Of a stretch of DNA of 64,000 bases, positions 20,901-29,663 are shown piece after piece. Below the pieces are notes generated by a model that searched no databases, was not told where the DNA came from, and saw only the letters and a program-made list of their open reading frames with translations. The first letter of the stretch is position 1. Each line of letters starts with the position of its first letter. Source of the DNA: a virus (lineage: Duplodnaviria > Caudoviricetes); IMG/VR virus record IMGVR_UViG_3300028833_000058; one strand, given 5' to 3'. A program made the translations under genes and the position numbers.

Positions 20901-21710
20901 TTATCTTCTGCTTCTATGGTTACTGTGGCAATTACTATGACAGTTAGAATGACACCAATATTTAACAAAAGTTACACAATTACTACCGTTTGGAGTTGAA
21001 GAACTACCATTCCACATCCATGAAGCATTGTTTACATCATCACAGTCTCTTTTAAAGTTGTCTAACTGTTGTTCTACATTTGCTATCGCTTTTATCAATT
21101 TGTTAATAGACATTGATGATATCTTCGTTGTGTTTAACACATACGTTGTATTATTGTTCCAATTTACAGAGCCTAACGGGTCTGATGAATATCTAGTAAC
21201 ATCTGTGTCTTTATTGTTAACTTTTGGTGGTAACTGTTCTGCGGTGCTAGTATATTCGTTTACAGATTGTTCGTTTACACGTGTGATATCAAAAGATTTT
21301 TTAAAATACGCCCATTTTACTTGCTCAATTGGTTTATTTAAATCAGATGGTAAAACTTGTTCTCCAGTTCCAGAAACGCTTTTTATATAAAGTTTTTTAC
21401 ATCTACCAAGTTCTACAAATACTTTTTTTATAAGTTCGTACGTAGTGTTAGCTTCAGGTATTTTGTTAGTATTGATAGTTGTGTCATTGTTTATAACATT
21501 GGCTATATCGGACAACAGTTCATTTCTTGAACATAAATATTTTTTATCAATGGCATCTGGAACAGAAGTAGTTGAATCCCAATAGTTAGTTTTAGGAAGT
21601 ATGTCATTGCATAAACTGTATAATCTGTCTTTAAAAGATGGTACAATTATGTCGTCTTTAGAAGTTATAACAGTGTTACCAGAAAGCTTTTTAGTAGTTA
21701 TTTGTACCAT
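20901..21710 (-). CDS. Candidate radical SAM substrate/precursor protein with C-terminal (CHSN)3-HRSRR tail
   Basis: First gene of the operon, GAGGA RBS; ends YWCHSNCHSNCHSNHRSRR. Confidence 0.75.
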   Translation of the reverse strand: MVQITTKKLSGNTVITSKDDIIVPSFKDRLYSLCNDILPKTNYWDSTTSVPDAIDKKYLCSRNELLSDIANVINNDTTINTNKIPEANTTYELIKKVFVELGRCKKLYIKSVSGTGEQVLPSDLNKPIEQVKWAYFKKSFDITRVNEQSVNEYTSTAEQLPPKVNNKDTDVTRYSSDPLGSVNWNNNTTYVLNTTKISSMSINKLIKAIANVEQQLDNFKRDCDDVNNASWMWNGSSSTPNGSNCVTFVKYWCHSNCHSNCHSNHRSRR

Positions 21711-21742
21711 TTTATCCTCATTGTTTGTATTAATCTGTTATA

Positions 21743-21802
21743 TAGAACTTAACTGAATAACTAGTTTGATTAGAGTATAACTCAAAGTTATGAAATGTAA
21801 AG
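21743..21802 (-). promoter_or_regulatory. Tandem promoter-like elements of the rSAM operon
   Basis: On the - strand: TTTACA (21801-21796)-N16-TATACT (21779-21774), then AGTTCTA (21749-21743), 33 nt before the start. Confidence 0.55.
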
Positions 21803-21880
21803 TTAAAAAAACACAAAATTGTCTTTAATATTTTTAAAAATTTTATATTCTAATATATAGGAACATTAGAGGAGATTTGA

Positions 21881-22360
21881 TTGGAGATGAGTGGAAGTAA
21901 ATACGGGTCAAAAATAGATATAAACGAGATATTTCCTGCAGAATGGTACGAAAATGTAACCAATGCTGCTAATTACGTTATAAAAAATATTGATATACCA
22001 GATGAAAGGTTAGAAGATGTAATATTACATGTTATAGATTACAATATTAACAAACAAGTTGAATCAAAACTTCTTGATAAAGCTGCTGATGATTTACCTA
22101 ATTATTTTTCTTTTGTAGATGTATCAAGCGCAAGACTTTTTAATGATTTTAAGGAAATTTTAGACATTTGTAGCGTATGTCCCTCGTTTAAAGAACATGT
22201 CATTTATTTTCAAATTTATGACATGGAATACGATAAAAAAAGACTTAATTTTTGGAAGAAAATAGTCAAAAACGATTACCCTAACTTATCTATAACCACA
22301 CGAGAGTTGAAGGCCCAAGATTGTATAAAGTTAGTTATTCGTAAAATTTGTAAAGAATGA
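21881..22360 (+). CDS. Hypothetical protein
   Basis: 159-aa ORF with GAGGAG/GGAG RBS; the start may be ATG 21887. Confidence 0.65.
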   Translation: MEMSGSKYGSKIDINEIFPAEWYENVTNAANYVIKNIDIPDERLEDVILHVIDYNINKQVESKLLDKAADDLPNYFSFVDVSSARLFNDFKEILDICSVCPSFKEHVIYFQIYDMEYDKKRLNFWKKIVKNDYPNLSITTRELKAQDCIKLVIRKICKE

Positions 22361-22555
22361 TATAGGAATCTCAATGAACTGTTGACTTACACACTCTGGT
22401 GTCGATACAGTGCGGATAAGACCACCAGGAACTCTTAAATAAGTGACTTCACAACCAACTTTATTTGTGTCACAAACTACGTATTCAAAGCGTTTTAAAG
22501 CTTTTAGTTTTAGCTCATCTACCTCTTTGAAATTAGGATTTTTCTTTTTGAACAT
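22331..22555 (-). CDS. Hypothetical protein
   Basis: 74-aa ORF coupled to the upstream small gene. Confidence 0.6.
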   Translation of the reverse strand: MFKKKNPNFKEVDELKLKALKRFEYVVCDTNKVGCEVTYLRVPGGLIRTVSTPECVSQQFIEIPISFFTNFTNN

Positions 22556-22559
22556 GCTA

Positions 22560-22778
22560 CTACTCGAACTGACGTTTTAAATAACTAAGAACGCTTGGAA
22601 ATTCTTTAACGTCTTCATCTGATAGCTGTAACATCTTTTTGTCAAATATCAACTTATCACCATCTATGGTGTAATTCTTCTTAATAAGGCTCTTAACTTC
22701 ACTCACAGATAAGTAAAGTTGATGCTTCGTAGAAGAAATCATCTTTATACCAGTTTCGTCTAAATTGATTATTCTCAT
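22560..22778 (-). CDS. Hypothetical protein
   Basis: 72-aa ORF with GGAG RBS and an upstream sigma70-like promoter. Confidence 0.65.
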   Translation of the reverse strand: MRIINLDETGIKMISSTKHQLYLSVSEVKSLIKKNYTIDGDKLIFDKKMLQLSDEDVKEFPSVLSYLKRQFE

Positions 22779-22802
22779 GGCGTTCTCCGTTTAATTTTCT
22801 AT

Positions 22803-22831
22803 AGTTTACAGTCCAATTGTGAAATTGTAAA
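22803..22831 (-). promoter_or_regulatory. sigma70-like promoter
   Basis: TTTACA-N17-TAAACT on the - strand. Confidence 0.55.
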
Positions 22832-22858
22832 GTAAAATTTTATGATTAAACGAATTTA

Positions 22859-25168
22859 TTAAAAGGATGGCTCCCAATACGTTGTGGTACCGTCAATACT
22901 TCTGATACAAGTATCATTCAAGAGTATACACATATCATAACCAGGATTACTCCAGTTTGAACCAATCGTCATTGTTCCTGTTCCAGATGTGATTGGGAAT
23001 GTACCACCGTACATATTTATATCAAAAGAGTTGAGCGTCATCCATGCGCTAGAAGGAATATTGTCTTTTGTCCATTCGTTGTTATAATCTTGCGCATATA
23101 ATACTTCAACCATTGAACCGCTTTGAGTATATTTGAAGAACACATACATATCCATTCCGTCAAATGTTACACCACTTGCTAATTCTCCAAATATTGGAAC
23201 GTTTGCACCAAACATTTGACTATATGGGTCATTTACATTCCAATAACATAACGAGTTACCTGATATTTCAAAAGCACTCGCTTGTCCTATTGCCCACGAG
23301 CTTGAATCATAACTTAGTTTAACCTTTGTTATAAACTCAAACTCATCTGTTGGTAGAGTATAATCAGATGTAGCATAGTTGCTATAGTCTGTAGAAGATA
23401 ATATACCAGTTGTTGTATCTAATGTAGGAGTTCCTACCAAAGTAATATTAGAGGTTGGCAACGGGTCTAACGTAATCGATTCAGTTTGATTAGAACCTGT
23501 TAAGGTGATTGTTCCAGTTGTAGCTGCTGTTGTTGAAGTTCTTGCCACTGAATAGTCAATGGTTTTACCTGCACCATTTGCGATATTGATTGTATAAGTA
23601 CCACTAGATTTTGTAACAGGTATTTCTATATTACCAACTGTGAACTTTATAGAATCCACAGGGTCATTTGTAATTGAAACTGTTAAAGTTACATAAGATT
23701 GTGGTTCAGAGATACTGACATTTCTCGTTTCTCCTTCTGTGAGGTTATCAACTGTTTGATAATCAGCGATGTTACTACTTGGGAAATATGTTTGATATGG
23801 GAAATCACCTACACCAAAACTTGAGTATGTATTTATACCAGGTACTTGTGGATTCCAATATACATCTGTGCCAGTTTTTATATAACAATCTGCAAGATGA
23901 ATTGTTCCTGAGAATTGACCTGCAGCATTGTCATATCCAATCATATCACCCCAACCAAAATCTGTACGAAGTGTTAAGCTGTTAGAACCTTGTGTGTATG
24001 TTATTCCATCTGTTGACAGATATCCGTCAATAGTCATATTTGTTTCATCTATAACAAATTTAAACCAATATTTAGTATTTGGTGATAAACTGTTTAATCC
24101 AAAATCTAGAAAATTGTAACCATATTCATATTCCATGATTCCTATTGAAGTACCATCAAGTATGACACTGTAATTCATTGGACCATTTGCTCCATAGAAA
24201 AGTCCTTTCCATCCAGTTAAATCTGATGGAGTTGTAAAACAAATAACTGTTTCTATAGGAACAGATGAAGAAGGTTTTTGTACATCATATAAATAGTTAT
24301 TTGAATTAAAGTTTGATACATCACCAGTATAAACATCTAAAGTAGGATTACCTTGAATACTAAAGTTTGAATACTGTCCTTTGTTACTTTTTACAAAATC
24401 TTTATAAGATAAACAAGTAACTATATTTGGGTTCATACTAAAGTTAATTGTGGCAGCACCAATGTCATATAGGATAGTAGTATTAGTTCCACTAAACCCG
24501 TTTTTAACATCATCCCAGTTTTGTAATATACTTTCTAGTGTATATGGGAAGTGAACACTACATCCTGTAACACCTCTTAACATACCGTTAAATTGATTTG
24601 TATATGTGTTTCCGAAACTATTGGTTGTTAAAGCTGGAAAAGATAAAGATTGTAAAGATGTACAATCAGCGAATGCATATTGAAGAGCATTGTCTGAAGT
24701 AATAGATGATAAAAGTGGCAAAGAAACAGAAGTGAGTGATGAACAACCCTCAAAAATATCATAAAAACAGCTTGAACCAGATAAACTTGTTAAACTTGGA
24801 AAAGACGCTGATGTTAAATTTGAACAACCCATAAAAGTTTGATAACAAGCTTTTTCGTTTGATACACTAGTTAAGTCTGGGAAAGAAACTGTGGAAATAG
24901 TGCTGTTAGGAGCATGTTCATACCAAACACCACCAAATTGATTATACAATACACGACTTCCAATATCCCGAACACCTGTGAATACTAAATTTGTAGTAAC
25001 TCCAGATGGGTTTTGTAATACACCATTAGAATCTACATTACCAAGCAGACCGTCAAGAGTGGCACCATATTTAGTAGAAGTACCACCGCCACCTTCTTGC
25101 ATAAGAATGGCTTTACCATCGTCTAAAATTACTTCACCTGATGTATTAACTAAAACTTTTGTTGTCAT
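22859..25168 (-). CDS. LRR plus lectin-like modules, putative receptor-binding protein
   Basis: FMGCSNLTSASFPSL-type repeats; shared N-terminal motif; segments homologous to both 5892-6746 and 6757-9063. Confidence 0.75.
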   Translation of the reverse strand: MTTKVLVNTSGEVILDDGKAILMQEGGGGTSTKYGATLDGLLGNVDSNGVLQNPSGVTTNLVFTGVRDIGSRVLYNQFGGVWYEHAPNSTISTVSFPDLTSVSNEKACYQTFMGCSNLTSASFPSLTSLSGSSCFYDIFEGCSSLTSVSLPLLSSITSDNALQYAFADCTSLQSLSFPALTTNSFGNTYTNQFNGMLRGVTGCSVHFPYTLESILQNWDDVKNGFSGTNTTILYDIGAATINFSMNPNIVTCLSYKDFVKSNKGQYSNFSIQGNPTLDVYTGDVSNFNSNNYLYDVQKPSSSVPIETVICFTTPSDLTGWKGLFYGANGPMNYSVILDGTSIGIMEYEYGYNFLDFGLNSLSPNTKYWFKFVIDETNMTIDGYLSTDGITYTQGSNSLTLRTDFGWGDMIGYDNAAGQFSGTIHLADCYIKTGTDVYWNPQVPGINTYSSFGVGDFPYQTYFPSSNIADYQTVDNLTEGETRNVSISEPQSYVTLTVSITNDPVDSIKFTVGNIEIPVTKSSGTYTINIANGAGKTIDYSVARTSTTAATTGTITLTGSNQTESITLDPLPTSNITLVGTPTLDTTTGILSSTDYSNYATSDYTLPTDEFEFITKVKLSYDSSSWAIGQASAFEISGNSLCYWNVNDPYSQMFGANVPIFGELASGVTFDGMDMYVFFKYTQSGSMVEVLYAQDYNNEWTKDNIPSSAWMTLNSFDINMYGGTFPITSGTGTMTIGSNWSNPGYDMCILLNDTCIRSIDGTTTYWEPSF

Positions 25169-25190
25169 AAATCTTTACCCCATGCTAAAG

Positions 25191-25523
25191 TTATTTTGTT
25201 TCTATTTCTTCGTTTTCTTCGATTTGTTTTCTTTTTCTTTTCATTATGAGTTTTGTTAACCATTCTCTAATGAAGTTGTTCAACCAGTCATACAATGGTC
25301 TACTGCATAATATGACAAGACCAGTTATACCTACTCTTGTTCTGCTGTCATTTATCCAGTAGTTTAACGCCAAATAACAAGAAGAACCTATTACAATAGC
25401 TATCAACATATCTTTGAAAAATTGTTTTTTTGTTTCATATCTTATTATACCTGTCATCAAGCAGACAAAGATAAAAAACCCAAATATTGTGATGTCTATT
25501 AACAATTTTTCATTTTCTAACAT
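25191..25523 (-). CDS. Putative holin
   Basis: 110 aa, three hydrophobic segments, highly charged C-terminus (KRKRKQIEENEE); GAGGTG RBS. Confidence 0.6.
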   Translation of the reverse strand: MLENEKLLIDITIFGFFIFVCLMTGIIRYETKKQFFKDMLIAIVIGSSCYLALNYWINDSRTRVGITGLVILCSRPLYDWLNNFIREWLTKLIMKRKRKQIEENEEIETK

Positions 25524-25544
25524 TGATTCACCTCGTTATCAAAA

Positions 25545-27344
25545 TTATGAGCCACCGTTTATTGCTGCATAAATTTGTTGTATTAAAGCATCTACTTCTG
25601 CTTTTGTGTAATACTCTTGTTTAAGTTCTCTCCAAACAGCTCCATTTGTAGAAATTGTATAATCTTGCGATGCTGGAATGGTTGAACTACTAGTAGATGG
25701 GAAAGCTTCGTTATGACGAATACGCCAAGGAGAGTTTGATGCATATTCTTTATCTTCATTTGACATACCTTGTAAGTTGCTAAGGTCATTCTTTAAAGCA
25801 CCAGCACCACCGTTTTCGTTATATATTTCGCTTGTTACATTTAATTGTGCAGATAAATCACCAGATGATATGTTTATTGTATCTGTTACAGGTGTTAAAC
25901 CATTTTTAGGTTCAAATCTAACATTTCGTATAGTACCGTCACTTGATACATCTGATATTATAGCTATAAGATTTCTATATGCGATGCTTAATGGTTTATC
26001 ACTTGAATTTTTTGCCACATAATCATTGTTTGCTACAAATCCAGTTCCACTACTTGTAATAGTATCCAATTGATAACTATAAACGTTGTTACTTACATAT
26101 GTTGAAGTCAATGTAAAAGTAGCATTAACATTAGTTTCAGAAGTTATGGTTAAAATATCACTAGATGTAAAGTTTTTATATCCACAATTCTGTTTTAAGC
26201 TCATAGATAAAATTGACCCATTTGCATCAACAGAGTCTATTTGAATAGTTAAGTATCCTGTTGGGTCATCAGTTAAAAGTATATCTGTAAGAAAACTATC
26301 ACCATCTGAGAAGCCTTGTGAACTACTTACTACGTTAGCAGAATATGAAACTATCGGGGTTTCTGGATTATAGAACATTGCATCCCAGTCTGATACATTT
26401 GTTAATGTATTATTTGCAAATACATTGCTGTTATTTAAAGTTTGTTCTACGTATGATACAACAGCTTGTGTTTCTGGATATCTTCCAGGTTGAAGTTGGT
26501 TTATATCTATTGATGAATCTTTGTTTGTTGTTTTTTCTATGTTTAATGCTGGTTTATTTACAATTTGTTGAAATGTATTATCAGAAACATTAGATAAATC
26601 AGATGCAGCTAACACTGGCCCACTCATTTCGCTTGGTCTATTTGACTGGTCTAATGTCAAATTTGTAGTATTAACATTTGCCAAGTCATTGTATGATAAA
26701 GGTTTATTTCCGCTAGTTCCATCATGGATTGTACTGCTAACTAAACTAGATGTGTTAATGTTAGATGTATCTGCATAACTTAATGGTTTATTACCACTTG
26801 TACCATTATGTTTTGTAGAATCTACTAAGTCAGCAGTGTTAATATTTGATGTGTCAGCATAAGCTAAAGGCTTATTTCCATCTACTCCATTATGAATTGC
26901 AGATGACACCAAGTCTTTTGTATTTAAATTATTCGTAGATACATTAACTTTTGTTTCTAACAACTCATCTACTTCAGATTTATCTGCAAGACCATAATCA
27001 ACTAATGTTTCTTTAATTTTTTCTCGTTCAGTTGAATCATTTGTTTCTTCGATATTTGATAAATCAGCACATGCTAAATTCTTTTCCCCTACTTCATGGC
27101 GGTCTTTTGTCAATAAGTCGGTACTGACATTAAGCATATCAGCTCTAGCCATAGGAATACCACCTCTAGTGATACCATTGTGTAACCTTAAAGTTGCGTT
27201 AGCGTCTGTACCAAGTTCTCCTGTATCTGCATCTGGGTTACCTAAGTCAACAACTACTTCACCTTGAACTCCAGTAAAAGCCAAGTTTTCGTTATGATTT
27301 CCTCTTCTTAGTGCTACAGCTTTTGTTTCTACAATAGATGCCAT
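25545..27344 (-). CDS. Tail fibre/spike protein with Mtd/hyaluronidase-type N-terminal domain
   Basis: LRRGNHNENLAFTGVQGEVVVD...TLRLHNGITRGGIPMA; repeated HxGxxGNKPLxYADTSNINT units. Confidence 0.7.
   Translation of the reverse strand: MASIVETKAVALRRGNHNENLAFTGVQGEVVVDLGNPDADTGELGTDANATLRLHNGITRGGIPMARADMLNVSTDLLTKDRHEVGEKNLACADLSNIEETNDSTEREKIKETLVDYGLADKSEVDELLETKVNVSTNNLNTKDLVSSAIHNGVDGNKPLAYADTSNINTADLVDSTKHNGTSGNKPLSYADTSNINTSSLVSSTIHDGTSGNKPLSYNDLANVNTTNLTLDQSNRPSEMSGPVLAASDLSNVSDNTFQQIVNKPALNIEKTTNKDSSIDINQLQPGRYPETQAVVSYVEQTLNNSNVFANNTLTNVSDWDAMFYNPETPIVSYSANVVSSSQGFSDGDSFLTDILLTDDPTGYLTIQIDSVDANGSILSMSLKQNCGYKNFTSSDILTITSETNVNATFTLTSTYVSNNVYSYQLDTITSSGTGFVANNDYVAKNSSDKPLSIAYRNLIAIISDVSSDGTIRNVRFEPKNGLTPVTDTINISSGDLSAQLNVTSEIYNENGGAGALKNDLSNLQGMSNEDKEYASNSPWRIRHNEAFPSTSSSTIPASQDYTISTNGAVWRELKQEYYTKAEVDALIQQIYAAINGGS
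26690..26925 (-). repeat. Three tandem intragenic repeats of about 75 bp (LVxSxxHxGxxGNKPLxYxD)
   Basis: Direct peptide repeats visible in the translation. Confidence 0.75.
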
Positions 27345-27365
27345 CTTACTTTTCCTTTATAATTC

Positions 27366-29663
27366 TTATTTGTTATCAAAATCTATACGAATAACACATT
27401 CTACTAAACGTTTCGTTCCAGGGTCTCTATCTATGATTTTACCTATACATCTACCGTTTTTAACAGTCGATGCTGTACCAGGTTTTATTCTTGATAAATA
27501 TATTTTATCACCAAAGTAGTTTATAGAGTTTCCATCCATTAAAACAGGAACTCTACCGACCAAAGCTACAGGTAAATAGTTCTCATTTTTCTTTTCACCT
27601 AACTGAAGACCTGGTTTACTTGAAATAACACCATCAGCTTCAAATTGAGCCTTAGAAATTTCTTTAGTACCTGCACCAAATGTAATCAAAGTACCAGGTT
27701 CGTAAAACTTATCTGCTTCATAATATTCAGCTAAGTCGGCCCATTCAGCACGATAAGCTTTTCCCCAGAAATCAACTTTACCATTATCCCAATGTGTCGA
27801 TTGCTTTTCAGTTGTTATATCAACATTTTTACCGACAACCATTTGTTTCCATTGAATGTAAGTGTTTACATAGATAGGATTATTCCAACTATAACCAGCT
27901 TGGCTAGAATCAGTAGGTAGAGTTTTCTGAATATAATTGTTTTGAAGAGTTTGTGGTGTTACAGAATATTTACTAGCAGCTTTTCTATTTATTACTACAT
28001 CTTTGACTTGAGCGTCTGTTGCATATCTAGTTGTACCATAATTAGTTTCACTTGCTTCATTACGTAAGTCTAAAGCTAACTGCATTGAATTTTGACCAGT
28101 AACCCAACCTAAGAAACAATCTGTACGTCTTAAAGTAGGTTTACCTTTATCATCACCTCTGCCACAATATACAGGTTTGTTTAACCATTGTGAATCAAAG
28201 TTCCATACATATCTATTTGTTTTTGCAGAACTAACTTTAAATCTTGCCCCATTACCATTTCTAGGCATTTGAGAATTTTTGTCATAGTATACTGAATCAC
28301 AAATATATGAATCATTACCTAAATCAATAGCACCAGAAGTTGGTCCAAGCAAAAAGATACCATCTTCTTCAACACCTGTTGTAATTTCACCGTCATTGGT
28401 AACAATTTTTACTTGTACCTTCAATATGAGGTTTTCTTTTACAACAATATCTAAAATATCACCAGATTGGTATCCGCTACCACCGTTGTATACTTTTACT
28501 TTGTATGTATAGCTATCTTGGAAGTTACTAACTTCACCAGAATATACAATGTTATCACCTACACGAAGACCAATAGGCATTTGCTCATTTAACGTTAAAT
28601 CTTCATCTGTTTCGTAAATACCTTCTGCTCTTTCGTACTTTTGTGTTTCATCACTCCAATATACAAACATGTAGTCTTGCACATCATTAGCGAACTTATC
28701 TTGACCTACATATATATAGTTAGTTGTTGGTTGAAAATACGCCCAGTCACCTGTGTAACCAGTGTAATCACCTGTTCCAGTATTTAACGGTCTAGGAACT
28801 GCTAAAGCTGGCATATTAGAACCAAAAAGGTTATCCACTAAGTAACAGTTATGCGGCATGCGTGAAGAATCTGTTGGGTTGTCTAATAACGTTTCGTTTG
28901 GAACTTCTGGTAAGTCCATTTCGTAATCTTCTATAACGTCTAAATTAGAAACAAAACCTAAGTTACTTAAAACTGTGTTCATATAAAACTTAAGTCTGTT
29001 ACCAATTCTTGTTTCACCTACAGCGTATTTTGTGACAACAGAAGGTAATGTAGCTATAGCAAACAATATGTCATGAACACCGTCTGCATCTTTTACATAT
29101 AATCCAATTGTACCAATGTCCCATTCTTCTTCACCAGTATCTGAAATTGCATCGATAGGTAAATCTAAAAGATATTGTAATCCACCAGTAGAATTATTGT
29201 ATCTCCATTTCAAAATACGTTTAAGGTCTTCTACGTTATGTTTAGCATTTAGTGTTCCTACAGTGTAAACAATGTTACCACTTGCTAAAAGATTTTCATC
29301 TGTCCATTCTATAAGAGGTATACCTGGATTGTTAACGGTTTGGTCGATTATTTTTATACCACTTATGGTGAGTTTATATCCACCTATGACTGTGTCAGTT
29401 AACGATTTTAAGCCTTCTGAAGTAATAACAAGTCTATAAGTCTCATCTGGTGCACAAATTACCCAGTTTACACCGTTATATTGCTCTAATTCCCAACCAT
29501 CTGTATCATTACCAATGGCACAATACATACCTGCTTGCAATTTATTTGGAAAATTTATAAAATATTGGTCACGACTTATAGGGTTACCTGCACCAGTACG
29601 TCTAGCGAACCAAAATTCGCTGTCTATCTCATAGACTTTCAATTGCTCTTTTGTAACTAACAT
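27366..29663 (-). CDS. Baseplate-attached tail fibre/collar-like protein with C-terminal chaperone/autocleavage-like domain
   Basis: N-terminal VITSEGL...IGTIGLY...LFAIATLP as in fibre-attachment domains; C-terminal WADLAEYYEADKFYEPGTLI...PVALVGRVPV. Confidence 0.6.
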   Translation of the reverse strand: MLVTKEQLKVYEIDSEFWFARRTGAGNPISRDQYFINFPNKLQAGMYCAIGNDTDGWELEQYNGVNWVICAPDETYRLVITSEGLKSLTDTVIGGYKLTISGIKIIDQTVNNPGIPLIEWTDENLLASGNIVYTVGTLNAKHNVEDLKRILKWRYNNSTGGLQYLLDLPIDAISDTGEEEWDIGTIGLYVKDADGVHDILFAIATLPSVVTKYAVGETRIGNRLKFYMNTVLSNLGFVSNLDVIEDYEMDLPEVPNETLLDNPTDSSRMPHNCYLVDNLFGSNMPALAVPRPLNTGTGDYTGYTGDWAYFQPTTNYIYVGQDKFANDVQDYMFVYWSDETQKYERAEGIYETDEDLTLNEQMPIGLRVGDNIVYSGEVSNFQDSYTYKVKVYNGGSGYQSGDILDIVVKENLILKVQVKIVTNDGEITTGVEEDGIFLLGPTSGAIDLGNDSYICDSVYYDKNSQMPRNGNGARFKVSSAKTNRYVWNFDSQWLNKPVYCGRGDDKGKPTLRRTDCFLGWVTGQNSMQLALDLRNEASETNYGTTRYATDAQVKDVVINRKAASKYSVTPQTLQNNYIQKTLPTDSSQAGYSWNNPIYVNTYIQWKQMVVGKNVDITTEKQSTHWDNGKVDFWGKAYRAEWADLAEYYEADKFYEPGTLITFGAGTKEISKAQFEADGVISSKPGLQLGEKKNENYLPVALVGRVPVLMDGNSINYFGDKIYLSRIKPGTASTVKNGRCIGKIIDRDPGTKRLVECVIRIDFDNK

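Noticed and set aside
20901-20960. CHSNCH read as c-type heme-binding CxxCH motifs
   Set aside because: The spacing is CxxxCH rather than CxxCH, and the protein has no export signal or cytochrome c maturation genes nearby.
7300-24650. Invertible segment bounded by the oppositely oriented LRR paralogues
   Set aside because: The homologous DNA is heavily diverged at third positions, there are no perfect inverted repeats, and no invertase is visible.
4773-25168. Diversity-generating retroelement acting on the LRR or fibre genes
   Set aside because: No reverse transcriptase in the window, and paralogous segments differ at synonymous positions of all bases rather than only at adenines.
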